This document shows positions 1 to 13,373 of a DNA stretch of 64,000 nt, piece after piece. Every line of letters starts with the position of its first letter. Position 1 is the first letter of the stretch. Under the pieces are notes generated by a model. The model was given only the letters and a program-made list of their open reading frames with translations. It had not been told where the DNA came from and ran no database searches. Position numbers and translations under genes: made by a program. The stretch covers positions 37,510,001-37,574,000 of the forward strand of contig NC_135763.1 in NCBI RefSeq assembly GCF_052425735.1. The letters run 5' to 3'. The stretch comes from Oculina patagonica (lineage: Eukaryota).

Positions 1-130
1 TCGAGATAGCGGGGTTTTCGAGTTAACCGAGTAAAAATGACTGAAAGTGGGTCCAAGGGGAATGGAAGTTAGTTCAAGTTAGCGGGGTTGTTCGAGTTAT
101 CCGAGGTCGAGTTACCGGGGTTTTACTGTA
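1..130. mobile_element. Right end of a non-autonomous Tc1/mariner/pogo-like MITE (truncated by window start)
   Basis: Repeated ttcgagtta(n)cc/gg sub-terminal motifs ending in ...ggggttttactgta (reverse complement TACAGTAAAACCCC), a typical TA-targeted terminus. Confidence 0.5.
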
Positions 131-381
131 GTTTCCTCTGAGAACAAAAATAAGTCAAACGTGTAGATCATATAGCTTTAATACCAATCTGAAATGAAAT
201 ACCGTATTTCCCCTAAAAAAATAAACATTGCTTTATTTTAAACAAATACTGACTATAAACGTCTTTTGCCTTTACGGAACACTCCCTTTATCAGGAATCA
301 GAAAATTATTCATTCTCAATACAATCAGTTCTGAAAGAAGCCAATTTTTCAAACAGTCGTTTTATTTCCCACAGAACAATG

Positions 382-2810
382 TCATTTCTTTGGTTCAGCG
401 TCCTCTTCACTTGTTGGTACTAATTTATAATGTTCTTCACTGTCGTCTTTACCTTCTCTAAACCTTACAAACAAATGAGTGGACAAAAACAGAACCAAAA
501 CGACAAGTGACGTCAGAGAGTAAATGAAATAAGTCCTGGCAACACCGACCCAGTTGATCAGAAGACCGCTGATCACTATGCCTGAGCCGACTCCGAGTCC
601 CCAGTGACATCCACCCACAAAACCTGCAGTCAAACAAACATGAAGTTAGGGTCAGTTTACGTGGAAGGAGGGTAACCCTCCTAGAAGGATTACCCTTTTA
701 GGAGGGTTAACCTCATCTATTGTTTTCCCCGCTTTCGTTAACATGCGAGGTAGGGTTTAAGCCATGTAAAACCTCGAGGTAGGTTTACCCTCCTAGGAGG
801 GTCAAGTTCAGGACGATCAGATTACTGTCACATTCCCGCTAACTGTAAACATGGCTTCGCACAGTTATAAACCTGGAGAATCATTTCGGAGAACTTTGCT
901 TGCAAAGCGGCAAATCCAAGCCAGGACGATGCAGAAAGTCAGAACGACAGTCAGTGCAATAGTTTGGCTGCTGGAATAGAATGTTCACGATCTTCTGCTG
1001 ATGTTCAATTAATAGGCGAAAGTCTTGATCAATACGAAGGTTCGGCAGACGGAGCCGTACTTGATCAGCCACGCAGTAAACTGAACAAAACGGAAAAGGA
1101 AAGCGGCTAATCGATCAGAGTTTTCGTCAAAAAAGTCGAAGAAGTGGACATGGGTGCCCGAGGCCGTTGAACTGCTTCAAAAATGTATCAACGAGTACAA
1201 GACACAGTGCGAATTTAACGGCTTCAGGTTTCCGTGGATTTTTTGGTGGAGTTTGCCCTAAGGATAACCCTACATGTAAAGGAGGGCTATCTTTTGACCT
1301 TTCTAGGAGGGTTTCCCTCCCTCCATGTAAGATCGCTGTTCAACTACTCGAACGCCTGAGAACAAGCTAAGATGTTGTCTTTATTTACCATCAATTTCTC
1401 AAAACTAACATTACAAGGAACCTACGGCAATCATGTAAGGAGAGTTAATATTCTGAATATTCACTTACCTTGGGTAGCTGAGTAGAAGCCAACTCGCAAG
1501 GACACAGTAGCACCAAACACCACACAGGCAGACCAGCTTACACCATACAATATTCCCTGGGCACTGAACAGTGCCACACCCAGCCAGGGGTTCAGGACAA
1601 ATGCCAGGCCCATGTACACCGCTCCATATAATGCTAAGCATATAGCTATGGTGCACACTAGTCCGAACTTGTTCATGATGACTCCTGATAAGACATATCC
1701 TAGTAAGGCTATAGTGTAGCGTATACCAGACGCAATGCCTAACATGTAGGGCTCAGCTCCGAGATCATCCAGATACCACAAACCAAAGTACTCGTGTAAG
1801 CCGATAAGGATCCCCAAATAACAAGCCACAATGATGAATATCGCGTTATGAAATTTCAGAAGCTCTTTGACTAATGGCAATAAATTAACATCTGTTGATG
1901 TCTCCTGATCTGGGTAGGTAACTTCCATGAAGGCAACAGTGAATATAGCAAGTGCCATGAATCCAGCAAAAAAATAAAACGAAATGAAATAGTTCTTTAC
2001 AGTCTCGCCACAGACTTCCGATTGGTAAAAGTTGATGACGCCTCCGACAATAAACGAAGCCAAAGCGACGCCCACTTCGCCCCACATTCGGAAAGAGCCG
2101 AACGCGGTAGTTACATTTTCTTTGAGAAAACCCACAACCAACGCATCAGGCATAGTGTAGACAACAGAACCAATAATTTGACCGGTAAAAATGATCACAA
2201 AAATAATAATAAATATTTTTGTGATCTCAGATTCGTCGACGTTGCGGATTAAAACCGGTCGGCTACTGTGATTTTGAAACTGTTGATTTGTTACACCTTG
2301 ATCTGTTAGAGCTTCGATTATTTCACTTTTTATTTCTTTTCCATTATAGGACTGTTTGTCGGATCCTAATTCCATTCTTCCTGAGGTAAAAATCAATGAT
2401 TTTATCTCTGTCTTGTTTGCCATAGTTTCGATGCACGTTTGATTTTGAGGTTGAACAGCCATGAGCAGTAGAGTCCCTGCCGTGAACGACACCAGCGAAG
2501 CGAATAAAATAATCTTTCGTTTTCTAAACCTGTCCCCGACCATTCCCCATAAAGGGGAACCAATGAATTCTGTAAACAGCCTCAATCCCAGTAGAATTCC
2601 TGCATGTCCCGCGGTCAGTCCAAGCTGCTTGAAATACAATGTCAGATAAGGAATGGAACTTCCAATGGCGGAGAAAAACAGAAAGAAATAAGCTTTGTAA
2701 GTGAATTTAGACGGAGTACAAGTCGCTGAAGAATCCTCAGAAGACGCCTCCGTTGGATTAATCTTTTCCAATTTACGGTGAGTATCTTCGTTGCCGTCTT
2801 CGTCGCCCAT
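382..2810 (-). CDS. MFSD6: Major facilitator superfamily domain-containing protein 6-like transporter, 2 exons, about 527 aa
   Basis: Exon 1 2810-1469 ends CAAG|GTAAGT; exon 2 623-382 starts after ctgcag. The phase-1 join reads SATQG-FVGGCHWGLG. Motifs KAYFFLFFSAIGSSIPYLTLYFKQLGL, PLWGMVGDRFRKRK and FGSFRMWG are typical of MFSD6/MFS_1_like; about 12 hydrophobic segments. Confidence 0.88.
655..1331. mobile_element. MITE/non-autonomous DNA transposon filling most of the MFSD6-like intron
   Basis: Imperfect TIRs gtttacgtggaaggagggtaaccctcctaga and tctaggagggtttccctccctccatgtaag; internal repeats of the agggtaaccct motif. Confidence 0.6.
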
Positions 2811-4868
2811 TTTGCAGCGATTAAATCTGTTGAACAGTTTTATAATATTGTCGATTAGCCACCGTCGTACCTTTCGCGTTTCACTATAATCGATTCATTC
2901 TGTTCAATCGCCTAAATGCATTTACATATTCAAATATTTTTCAACTGTTTCGCTTCAGTTATTTCATCGCTGGTTTCATTCAACCGAATCAAAACAATTC
3001 AGTTCACTGATTTTAAGGAGGACTTTTCGTTTGTGATATATATGTTAAGCTTACTTATTTGGATATAAACAGAAAGGTTACAGCGCGGGACCATTTTTCC
3101 TACGTGTACTAATAAACCTATAGAAATGATCACAGCTCAATTGCATTTTTGATATTTCAGCGAGAAATTTTTGTCAAGAGGCTAACGTTTCTATAGTTAC
3201 CAGATTAGGCCTGGTCACAAATATCTTGAATTTAGCCAGTTTGTTACGACTATAATGTGGGAAAAATTTAAAATACAAAATTTTTAACCTTCTGTAATGC
3301 AAATCACCTCGATTACATCACCGAAAAGCTGACACAATTTGTGTCACAAAATGTACAAATTTATCGATTTTGCGTAACCGCTTAGTTAATTTTAAGGCTT
3401 TCCACAAGTTGCTCTGTACCTTTTTGGCAACTTTTTATGTTTCGAGCAACATTTTCCCCTTCGAGCAACTTTTTAACTCTCGAGCAACTTTACTTGTTGC
3501 ATTTTAAGCAAATTCCAAACCGAAGATCTCCGAAGATTATCCGAGTGTTGTTCAAAGGCAATACGAACGTTTCCGAAGATTTACGAAGTTTGCCGAAGAT
3601 TCTCGAGGAACATCTGAAGACGATTTCAACTTTCGGCTCATTCTGCATTAAAACATTACAAAACTCGTCAGCAAACATGACGTCATTGATATCTTCACGA
3701 TTTTTCTCAGTTAAAAAAATCCTTGGTATATTTAACAACTGTTCCCCTGAATATGTTATTTAGATACTTCTTTTGCTGTAACATTCATAAACCTGCTTAG
3801 AAATCTTACCCTAAAAGGGAAATTAGCATATGTTTAGATAAATTCTCTTGATTAGAAGCAGCGTTTTGGATTTTTTTGGAGCAACTTTTGAGCAACTTTT
3901 TGAGAAATTAGGACTGCAAGTTGCTTCATAATATGGAAACCGTATTACTGAACTACGGCTGTGAACGCAACATTTCACCTTAGTACTTCAGGCATAGGTT
4001 TTGTAAAACAAATCGACTGTTAAACCGTAAAGGACAGCTAAATAGAGATGTTATCCCGACTAGAAAGTAGACAGCTTAAGTAGCTTACTGATGGCCAAAC
4101 CACTGTCCTCTTCTACAAACCCTTCACCCTCGAGCTCACAAGTTTCGCTGCCCGAGTCGTACTCAGTTGTTTTTTCTTCTAGGGTGGGATTCTGCTGTTC
4201 TTGTTTTACTAGTCGGGAAACAGTTGATTTTTCTCTACCTGGAGAAAATACCGGTTGCATGCGCAGTGAAAACTGTTTGTTTGAGCTTTAAAAGAGTTAA
4301 AATTGTTAAACAACTTTAGAAGACCTTGTAATGCAAGCTGGTTTTAGACTCTTTTCAGAGGCCCTGTTAGGATAAATTCCGAGACTGAAGCGACGCAGCA
4401 TTTTAACAGCGACATAGATATAGAAGAAATAAAATTGTGACGAACCACAAGACTTGTGTTGAAATAGCGACTATGGCGACAGCAAAGGAGAGAATTATGT
4501 CACAACTCCCCTGCACCATCAACAAGAATTGGTCATTAAAATGTTTCGTAAATTTAGCGATCTCTCTAAAGCATCCCTGATGCAGGGATTTTTTCCAGCA
4601 GATTTAACAGGCAGAAGCTTCCAAGTTAAAAAGTGGATAAACGCAATGGCAACCAACTAACATATTACATTCTGATTAGCAAAGTAATTATAAGCATATA
4701 AGACAAATTAGCTCAGATGTCATTTCAGCCGAGCGAGATGCAAACCCACCTTTGAAAAACCGCAGAAGATGAATGCCAGCACACTGAGATATCTGTTGCA
4801 TGTTATTACACAACCCTAGAAATATAAAGGATTTCAGTTTGGGTAGAACGGTTTATATTTGTTGATGC

Positions 4869-5135
4869 CCGAGAAACTCCTGCACCGTGTACTTAATTTG
4901 GACACATGTACTTGACATGTTTACTTAAGATAGTCACGTACATCGAAATGCACGAGAAACTCCTGCTCTTCTGTACTTAGTTTGGCCACATGTACTTGAC
5001 ATGTGTACTTAAGATAGTCACATCGCTTTTTAATCAGTCGACTAGAAATGCACGAGAAACTCCTGCTCTTAGTCACGTTTGTTTTGTGTATATAGGCTGG
5101 TCACATGTACTTGGCATGGGTACTAAGTTAGTCGC
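4869..5135. repeat. Degenerate tandem repeat, about 3 units of 85-100 bp
   Basis: gagaaactcctgc...cacatgtacttgacatg..tacttaagatagtcac occurs three times. Confidence 0.6.
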
Positions 5136-6269
5136 ATTTGTTGACATTATCTGTCATCAAATTTAACTAGATCGGCTCTTTCAAAAAAAAACTCCTAATA
5201 ATAATAATAAATAATTTTTAAAGAGGAGGCTCCCGTCACATGAAGTGGTTTTCAGGGAGGTCCTCAAATAAAACTAATTACAAGGTTAAAAATCAAGTTA
5301 AAAAAGGAAAAATATAAAATTACAAGTACAATGTTCTAAAAATTAAGAATAATGTTCTAAAAATAAAAAGCTAAAAGTACTTTGCTATTAAAAAGTGCTC
5401 TGTTTACTTAGTTTAGAGGTCGCCTGTCAGTCCACTGTTGGCAGACAGTTGGCCGTAAGTCGACCGACACGTTTTCCCGAAATCGACTGCTATGTCTTGT
5501 GATAAAACGACTTTTAGGTCTTTCAAAAGGAAATGATCGCAAGAATTCTGTAATCCGCGCACTACCTCCCTAAACCCTCAGAAAAAAATTGGGTGATTGG
5601 TCAATACCTTTTGCTTTTTTTACATCACTGACTACCCTTGTGAGATATCGGGGTAAAACATAGCCCTTAGTTTACAATTGAAATTTTCACTGTGAGCTCA
5701 AGCGCGCCACCGCCACCGTAGAAAAGAAATAAACAAATGCAAAGTAGTACTCGGCATCACACAGTAACACATATTGTTAAACTGGAAAAAAGATATTTAC
5801 AATTTGCTGGCAATTAAGGATTCGCTTGGCTTTGTGGGACTGATGCAAGAAGCGAATGGGACGCCGGCAAGATCTTGTTCGAATTCTTGGCAAAAATGTT
5901 CACTTTCTCTTAAAAAGAAATTTAACCGCTTTTGTAAAGTTAAGATGTAAAGAAATCGAAACTTCAACATACGAGCAAGACTCTTCTGTCAACATGCCTA
6001 TTTTGATTGCAATTCAGATAATATTCCTTTATACCCCATCAAGCAGAATCCTTCTCAACCCTAACCGAGACAAAGCAACCCACCCGCGCTTAAGATGCTG
6101 CAGGGAAAACTAACTGGAAATCAACTTTGTTCATGCAATATGCTAAACATCTCTACTAATCTGTAACACGAGACAGCCCAAAGGGCACTTTGATTACAAT
6201 AACCTCATGCACTGAAACTTCTACCTCACTAAAGTTCAAAGAAGTTAAGAGTTTTGACTGTTTTTAGGC

Positions 6270-9263
6270 TCAGATTTCAATCGTAATAGAATCTAAGGAA
6301 GAGATATGTTCCATATCTTTTGACACCAGATAATCAAGTTCACGAGTTTTTCTTTGCACCAGATAGCATTTCGACTTTCCCAGGCAAGAGCAGCCAGTAG
6401 AACCATTTCTATGCTCTCTACACTGATACACGCCAGGAATCAACGATGAGTCTGAGCGACCAAACGACAATTCAAGATCGCTACAATGACGACGAGTGTG
6501 AGTACTAGTAGTATCCACTGACCTAATATGTGCGCTGTCTTCATTAGGTTGGCTTGACTCACTGTTTGCTTTGAGTCCGATTTCACAAACATTTTTCCTT
6601 TTTCCGTCCGTCATCGCGTCAATAAGGTCCAAAATATTCTGGAAATGATTTCCGCCAGTTTCACGCCACACCGTGCCTTTTGTTTGTTGAGGGACGCCTC
6701 TTTTAGGTTTCGAAGAGCCAGGTAACTTTGAATTTTGTTCAAACATTTCCAGCTCCTCCGGGTTGAAGTCGAGCGGCTTGATGTAGGACGTGGGACCGAA
6801 TAAAATGTGAAAAGCGTTCTCGTGGTCAGCGTCCTCTTCCGCAAAGCTATCTGATAACCAGAAACTGTGATTTGTACTGAGGGAAGCTGAAACGAAAAAT
6901 CACATGGAATTTTCATTCAGTAATAATCATGATAAACTATCTCGATAACCGAAATACTATTACTATATATCAATAAGAAATTGTCAATTATCTGACAAAG
7001 ACATTGTCATTTTATCTGAAATATGTCATGAACTTCTGATTTTGTGTTGCTTTTGTTTGTTTTCCTTTCTCTTTAAGGTTGATTCTCTTAATCCACTTCT
7101 CCCCCCCCCCCTCAGCTCCTTTTCATTGTTCAGTATAGTTGCAAAGGTGTGCAGCAAATGATTGGGTTGAAGGAAGAGCTAATGTCTGCGTAAGATTCAC
7201 GAATGCTCTTACAAATGAAATTATCTCGCGCCACTTCTGTTGCTGACTACACAGTCATAGGAAACTCAAATAATAGAACAGTGCTCGACCAGTGACAGGA
7301 ACCCTTTAGGAAGTGAGGACGACTAACGATGGCAATGATGGAAATGGATTGAAAAGCATGCGATTCGCGTTATGGAATTGCTTTAATAAATTTCACCACA
7401 TTTATGAATCAAAAAATTAAGATTTCATTTATAAATCAACGGATCATGCATTTTTACGTTGCGTTTCTTACAGTTTTGTGCCAATGAGGCTCATGTCTTA
7501 ACGATATTCCATGAAAATTAAGTATACTTTATACTTACAGTTCAGAGTGTGCGACCTTGTACGAGAAGAGCTTTTCCGGTTGCAACATTTGGTCCCAGGC
7601 CACTTTAAGGTGCGGATGTAAGCTCGTCTGTACGGAGGCCATAAGATCCCATATAACAAAGGATTCAAGAAACCGCTGATCATTGGTAACTGGATCGCAC
7701 ACAGACCGAATAGTGGCGGATAATCAACTGCGAAAATACCAAGACTTATAGCCACCTGAGAAACAAGGAACATGGAAAAATATATTTTCAATCGGTGCAA
7801 AATTGTAAAATTGTTACTGAAGTGAATTATTAATGTTCTTAGTTGTCTTAAAGTTGTTAAATATTTAAATGGAATAAATGTTTTGTTTATCGGTGCTAAA
7901 ATATTGTGGAACTTATTTTTAGCTATTTTAAAATCTAACTCATTGAAATGCGTCGAAAGATTTTAACAGAACACGCATTTCATGAAAAACGCTCTAAGAA
8001 GATTATTGACAACGTTAACTCGACGTTAATGTCATTTTGTGGTACTTTTAATAGCTATAACAATCGATGTAGATCCATTATTTGCTCCAGCGGAGGGGCG
8101 ACAATTAAATATGACAATTATTATTAAATTAAATCATTCGAATAAAGTCTCGTTCTGTCTTACTTCTTCAACAAATAAACCGTCGAACATTTCTGCTTTG
8201 TTTTGTTTGTTTTGAGTTTTAAAGAAGACTTGAACATTGCACTAGAACTATAAAAGAAGTCTGTGGGAGGCGCGGTGGCCTAATGGTTAGCGCGCTCGCC
8301 TCCGGGACGGTTGGTGGCCGGGCGGGGGGGGGCCGGGGGGGGGGGTGCCCGGGGGGACTATAAAAGAAGTCTAAGTTTCCCTAAATTATAAAGTACCGGT
8401 GCAAATTTGAAAAAAATAATTGCTTATTCAGGACCACTTTAATACAAATAAATTTTATATCAAATGCGCCCACTTACCATCCATGGAAGAATGCAGCAAA
8501 AATATATCACAACTACTAAAGCCACCATGCGAGATAGCTCTTTAGTACTCGTGTGAACATCTCTGGCTGCAATTTGCTGCTTTGAAGAAACAAGGTCTAC
8601 ATCTGTAGGAAACTTTGTGCTGAAAGATTTCTTGTTAGACATGCTAAACATTGTATAAAAACTGAAACAACAGATCGCCAGTAAACACAAGAGAAACAAT
8701 ACAAAAAACCTCGCAAAGGAACTGTTGTAAGGGAATAGACAAAATGTTTGTTGAGAGTCGCTGGAAACGTGAAAACCTTCGAGCCACAATAGGGGCCATG
8801 TGGCTATAAAAGCTGCACATATCCAAATACCGAAGAAAAACAATATGAACAGTTTTCCCTTCCAGTGCTTGTGGTAAAAACGTGGCAGAGCTGTGGCGAA
8901 AACTCTGTCCAATGCCAGAAGAGTGATAATCAGCGTTGCTGCGATGCGAAGGAATATAGATATCCAAGCTTGAACTCTGCATAGAGTAAAAAGATTTTGC
9001 AATCCGTTGCCTTTGTCAAAGAAAACGTACAAAGCAATTCCATTTGGTCCAAGCACATTTAAGACTTCTGTTAACGAGAGAGCGATGATGAGTAAACTGA
9101 ACGTGTTCTTTCGTTTGGTGAACTGCAGAATGCTTACGATTGTTAACAAGTTTCCCGCGAAGATTAAGAACGAAAACACACACAGAAACACTACAGCTGA
9201 GACGTGAATCTCAGAAGCTTCACTCGGCGATTCTCGGTTGCCATTTGCGCTTTCAGATTCCAT
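6270..9263 (-). CDS. Class A GPCR, prostanoid-receptor-like (paralog A), 3 exons, about 539 aa with a long C-tail
   Basis: Exons 9263-8478 (ATG|GTAAGT, phase 0), 7755-7539 (phase 1) and 6886-6270, all GT-AG and in frame. 7TM motifs: GN in TM1, LSLTE in TM2, DRV, W in TM4, CILP in TM6, NPLLY. Confidence 0.88.
8263..8356 (+). mobile_element. Truncated or collapsed tRNA-derived SINE with 16-bp TSD
   Basis: tRNA-like A-box head ggaggcgcggtggcctaatggttagcgcgctc followed by G-rich sequence; flanked by the perfect direct repeat actataaaagaagtct (8247-8262 and 8357-8372). Confidence 0.7.
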
Positions 9264-10369
9264 GTTGGTGAAACGCTCTGCAATTCTTGATAACTGAGTC
9301 TTTCAGTTAAAATATCTTATTTAGACGGTCAGACAAAACAGTTGTTATGAGCTGTGAGAACAAATATCTAATAACCGCAAATTTGAAAACAAAGACGTTC
9401 AGTTTTTAAGCTTTCAAGTAGTTTTTTAACTCGTTTATTACGTAAACAGTCGAAAAAGATCTTTGAAGAAACGCCTTCTTCACTCAAAGATCGTAGCAAA
9501 AATTGAGCAAGTTTTGTGCAGTAGTAAGAGAAGATAAGAAATTTGTACAAAATTGAGCCCATTTATCATGTATTTTGTTGTTTACATCTGCAATCTGCGG
9601 CTCAAAATTCGGGCTCTCTGATTGGCTAAATATACTTTCATCGAAAATCTGGAAAATTCCATTAATTGATAATTTATTAGACCTCACGAAGACTGAAATT
9701 ATTGTGGCGCATTGATCAAATCAAATGTGCATAATTGTCCTAACATTACTGATTTTATTGTCCACAGCACAAAAATCTCCGGGGAAAGGATTAAAAAAAA
9801 CGTTAGTATCTTGTCGGATAAACATGATAGATTTTAAAGAGACTATGCAACGATTCGTTCCAGTGGATTAAACATTGATAATATACGACGTGTGTTAAAT
9901 CTTTGATCTTCGATTGTACGGTTTTTTACACATATATCATTCATGCCTCATGTTATTTCTTGAGGTCAGCTCACAACAAAATTTATTTAGTTGTAGATCT
10001 TATATTCCTTCTGTGGTTTATTAAAAAATAAATACTTTATACAAGGTATAGTGCTTGAAATTATGCCTGTATGGAACATTAAGATTAGAACTGCATTCGT
10101 GAAAACTAATAAAATTAAGCCTTATTTCTTTTCATTCACTGGCTTTCCAAAAGAAAAACAAATAAAAAGGATACAAAAATACTACATAAGGACGTGTTGT
10201 TTTAATAAACTTTGTTTTAAAAAGGAAACTTCATATTCCCTTTTTTACACGATTAACCAGGATTTTTTGTAGGTATAAAAATGTTAATTAAACAATAGCT
10301 TCTGTTGTTTTTTATGTATAAAATATTCAAAGAAATAAAGGCAAACATTTTATTAGAGTAAAGGTAAAG

Positions 10370-10465
10370 TCTGCATCGGGGAAGTCTACCTTATCATGAA
10401 GTGACTAGGAGTATTTCTACTCCCCCTGTATGGGATGCAATTCACCTGGGTGGAGAGAGGCACGG
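10370..10465 (-). repeat. Fragment of an abundant SINE-like repeat; related copies near 26500-26640 and 46520-47010
   Basis: Shared motif catgaagtgactaggagtatttctactccccct(g)gatgggatg...gggtggagagaggcac. Confidence 0.5.
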
Positions 10466-11473
10466 CGACCAGTTAAACAGTACACAATTTTCAACGATAT
10501 GAACAGCAGATTATGGCCTCAATTTGCTTGCAAACATTGTGAAAATCTAACAAGAGAATGTGTCGAAGTGATCCATATCTAAAGAAAAAATATTGAAAAC
10601 TCGCAAAATTAAAAATTAAACCTTGTTTGCTTTGCTTTTCGGGAGCGAACTGTCGTCACATCATTGCTATAGAAATCAAAAGATGTTTATAGGTATTCAG
10701 AGAAAACAATTTATTTGAGTTTTTTGCTCGGGATTTCCACCTTTGGTTTTGAGGAGTAATTTAAGAATTCAAAGAACATTAGTGCTTTCTTTTTCCAAGA
10801 AATTAACTTCATCCATGAAGTCAAACGTCAGGAATAAAATGTTGATGGGAACAAATGAAGCAGTTTCTTTAGAATTTCTAAATGGACTTGATTGTCAGGC
10901 TGAATGAAAGGAAAGGAAATTTGTCGGTCATTTAACAAACTTTAATAGCAAAGAAACAGGAAACTGGTGGGACATTTGATTGTCTTTCGATATCATATAC
11001 TTATTAATACAACAGCTGTATTCAGCGTTTTAGAAGCTGTAAAATGAAACAAAAGCCACTCTGGCAAAGTTGTCATTTTCAGAGAAGAACGCAACGATTT
11101 ATTGCAAGGCACTGTTACCAGTACATGGGGCTGTTTGAAAGGGTAGAATTCACACTTTCCCTCCAGAGCAAATCAATTTTAAGGTTAGGAAGTTATTGCT
11201 AAATATAACTTTTCCTCCAATACATCGGGGTTAACCGAAGGCAGGTGGAAGCGGGCCGACGGTGATTGGGTGGGAGGGGAGGGGGTGTTGGGAGGTGGGT
11301 GGGTAGTGATTGTTTAGGAACTACACTTGTAAAGCTTCATTGAATCTAAGGAGCGTAGAAATTCTAGTTAGACCTATTACAGATCCTCGTATTGTTACAA
11401 AAAAAAACCGCCATAAAAAAGAAACATTTCAACCCTGTGGTTGAAAATCAAAACACACTTGCAATTATTTTTA

Positions 11474-11752
11474 GGGGAGCGGGGATGGCGCAGTGGTGAG
11501 AGCACTCGCCTCCCACCAATGTGGCCCGGGTTCGATCCCGGACCCGGCGTCATAGTGGGAGTTTGTTGTTGGTTCTCGTCCTCGCTCCGAGGGTTTTCTC
11601 CGGGTTCTCCGGTTTCCCCCCCGCAAAAATCAACACTACTAAATTCCAATTCGATCTGTAACAGTCCTACGTCTTATACATGAGCCCTGGCTCGGACCTG
11701 AGGGTAACCTCGTCCCGGTATGGACTTTAAAATTGTATTTACAAATTGTATT
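11474..11752 (+). mobile_element. tRNA-derived SINE with a V-SINE-like central domain
   Basis: A box tggcgcagtgg, B box gggttcgatccc, then gggttttctccgggttctccggtttccccc (V-domain-like) and a ttgtatt tail; no complete tRNA cloverleaf. Confidence 0.75.
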
Positions 11753-12446
11753 TTTTAATGGCTATTTGCATTTTTAATAATGGCGGTAAACACATGTAAA
11801 ACAGATGTTTATGCCCCATAATGCTTGGATAACGGCGGAAAGAAACAAGTAAATGAACACCTACGACTAAAACACGTTGCAAATCCAAAAGAAAGAGCTT
11901 TGAACTATAAGATACATCAGTCTAGAATACAAATTAACTTCAGATCCGTGTTTGTATATCTAATGTTTAACATCGCCATCACCATTTGTTCCAACATAAT
12001 TTTTCAAAAATATGACAGTTTACTTTGTGTCGAGGAATATATTAATTACAGATAGCCAATATAGTTTGAAGTATTTATGAAATATTTCCTGAAATGAAAA
12101 CAAAGCCTCGGACCCAACAGTTGACTATAAATTTGTAGTTTTGTCCTTATTGCAATGTTTTTGTCAAATAAAATAAAACAGGCTGACATTTCTACTTTGT
12201 AGAGAATTAAAACAGTCTTTGATATTATAAAACCATCTGTTCTACCTGTTAAATTGCTTTCCAAATAAATATAATTCATGGTTGACATATTTGACTAGAT
12301 GAAAAGTATAACAAAAGGCGTTTAGGCTGATTGTATTGCGACTTTTCAGCTTCACTGAGAAGTTTCAGCGACAGCTCATAAATTTTATCAATCAGAATAT
12401 TCCAGCTCGTGGTTAATCTACAGATCGTCGATCATATTGCAAAGAA

Positions 12447-13373
12447 ATGGCGACAGCAAACTTTACTGGAGACGGTGAAAAGGAGAAAACATATGAACAA
12501 ATGGTGTGCTCGGCAGGTTTAGCTGTTGGAATACACGGCCAGTTGACATTTCTTTCAGTTTTAAACATTTTTCTCTCCATCATTTCATTTCTTGGAAATG
12601 CGCTGATTCTAGTTGCTCTTCGCAAGGAGTCTTCACTTCATCCGCCGTCCAAGCTGTTGCTTCGCAGCCTTGCGATAACTGATCTCTGTGTTGGTCTTAT
12701 TTCAGAGCCTCTCTTTGTAACCTTTTTGATATCTGAAGTGAACGAAAACTGGAAAGTTTGTCGCTACATAACAGTCGAACGTTTCATAACAGACCCTGTT
12801 TTGTTTGAAGTATCTCTCTACACTTCGACTGCAATAAGCGTGGACAGACTTCTCGCCCTATTGTTGGGGCTGAGATACAGACAAGTTGTAACTTTGAAGC
12901 GAACCTACGTGATCGTTGTTACGTTTTGGGTTGTGTCCACATGCTCGTCAGCAATGTACTTTTGGAATCCCCTTATAATCAGTTGGTGTATAATTATGGG
13001 TACATCATTGTGTCTAGTAACCTCGATCTTCTCTTACACAAAGATTTTTTTCACGCTCCGTCATAAACAAAATCAAGTACAAGGCCATGTTCAACAACCA
13101 AACCAAGCAAATCAACTAAACATGGCGCGATACAGAAAGGCAGTGTCCAGTGCACTGTGGCTGCAACTGACGTTAGTCGCTTGTTATCTACCCCGTGCTA
13201 TAGTAGCGGCTTTGTTGACAAATAGTGGACAATCTTCATCTGTTTTCCTCGCTAGGCAATACACAATAAGTTTAGTTTATTTGAACTCGTCATTAAACCC
13301 GATTCTTTACTGTTGGAAGATAGACGAAGTGAGACAAGCAGTGAAGAACACAATCAGACAAGTACTTTGCTGA
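12447..13373 (+). CDS. Intronless class A GPCR (coral-expanded melanocortin/adenosine-receptor-like family), 308 aa
   Basis: Single ORF with GNALILVAL, LHPPSKLLLRSLAITDLCVGL, ISVDRLLAL, CYLP and NSSLNPILYCWKI; 7 TM segments. Confidence 0.92.
   Translation: MATANFTGDGEKEKTYEQMVCSAGLAVGIHGQLTFLSVLNIFLSIISFLGNALILVALRKESSLHPPSKLLLRSLAITDLCVGLISEPLFVTFLISEVNENWKVCRYITVERFITDPVLFEVSLYTSTAISVDRLLALLLGLRYRQVVTLKRTYVIVVTFWVVSTCSSAMYFWNPLIISWCIIMGTSLCLVTSIFSYTKIFFTLRHKQNQVQGHVQQPNQANQLNMARYRKAVSSALWLQLTLVACYLPRAIVAALLTNSGQSSSVFLARQYTISLVYLNSSLNPILYCWKIDEVRQAVKNTIRQVLC

Noticed and set aside
5696-5700. In-frame TGA as selenocysteine in a putative minus-strand exon
   Set aside because: No consistent gene model, additional TAA stops downstream, and no SECIS identified.
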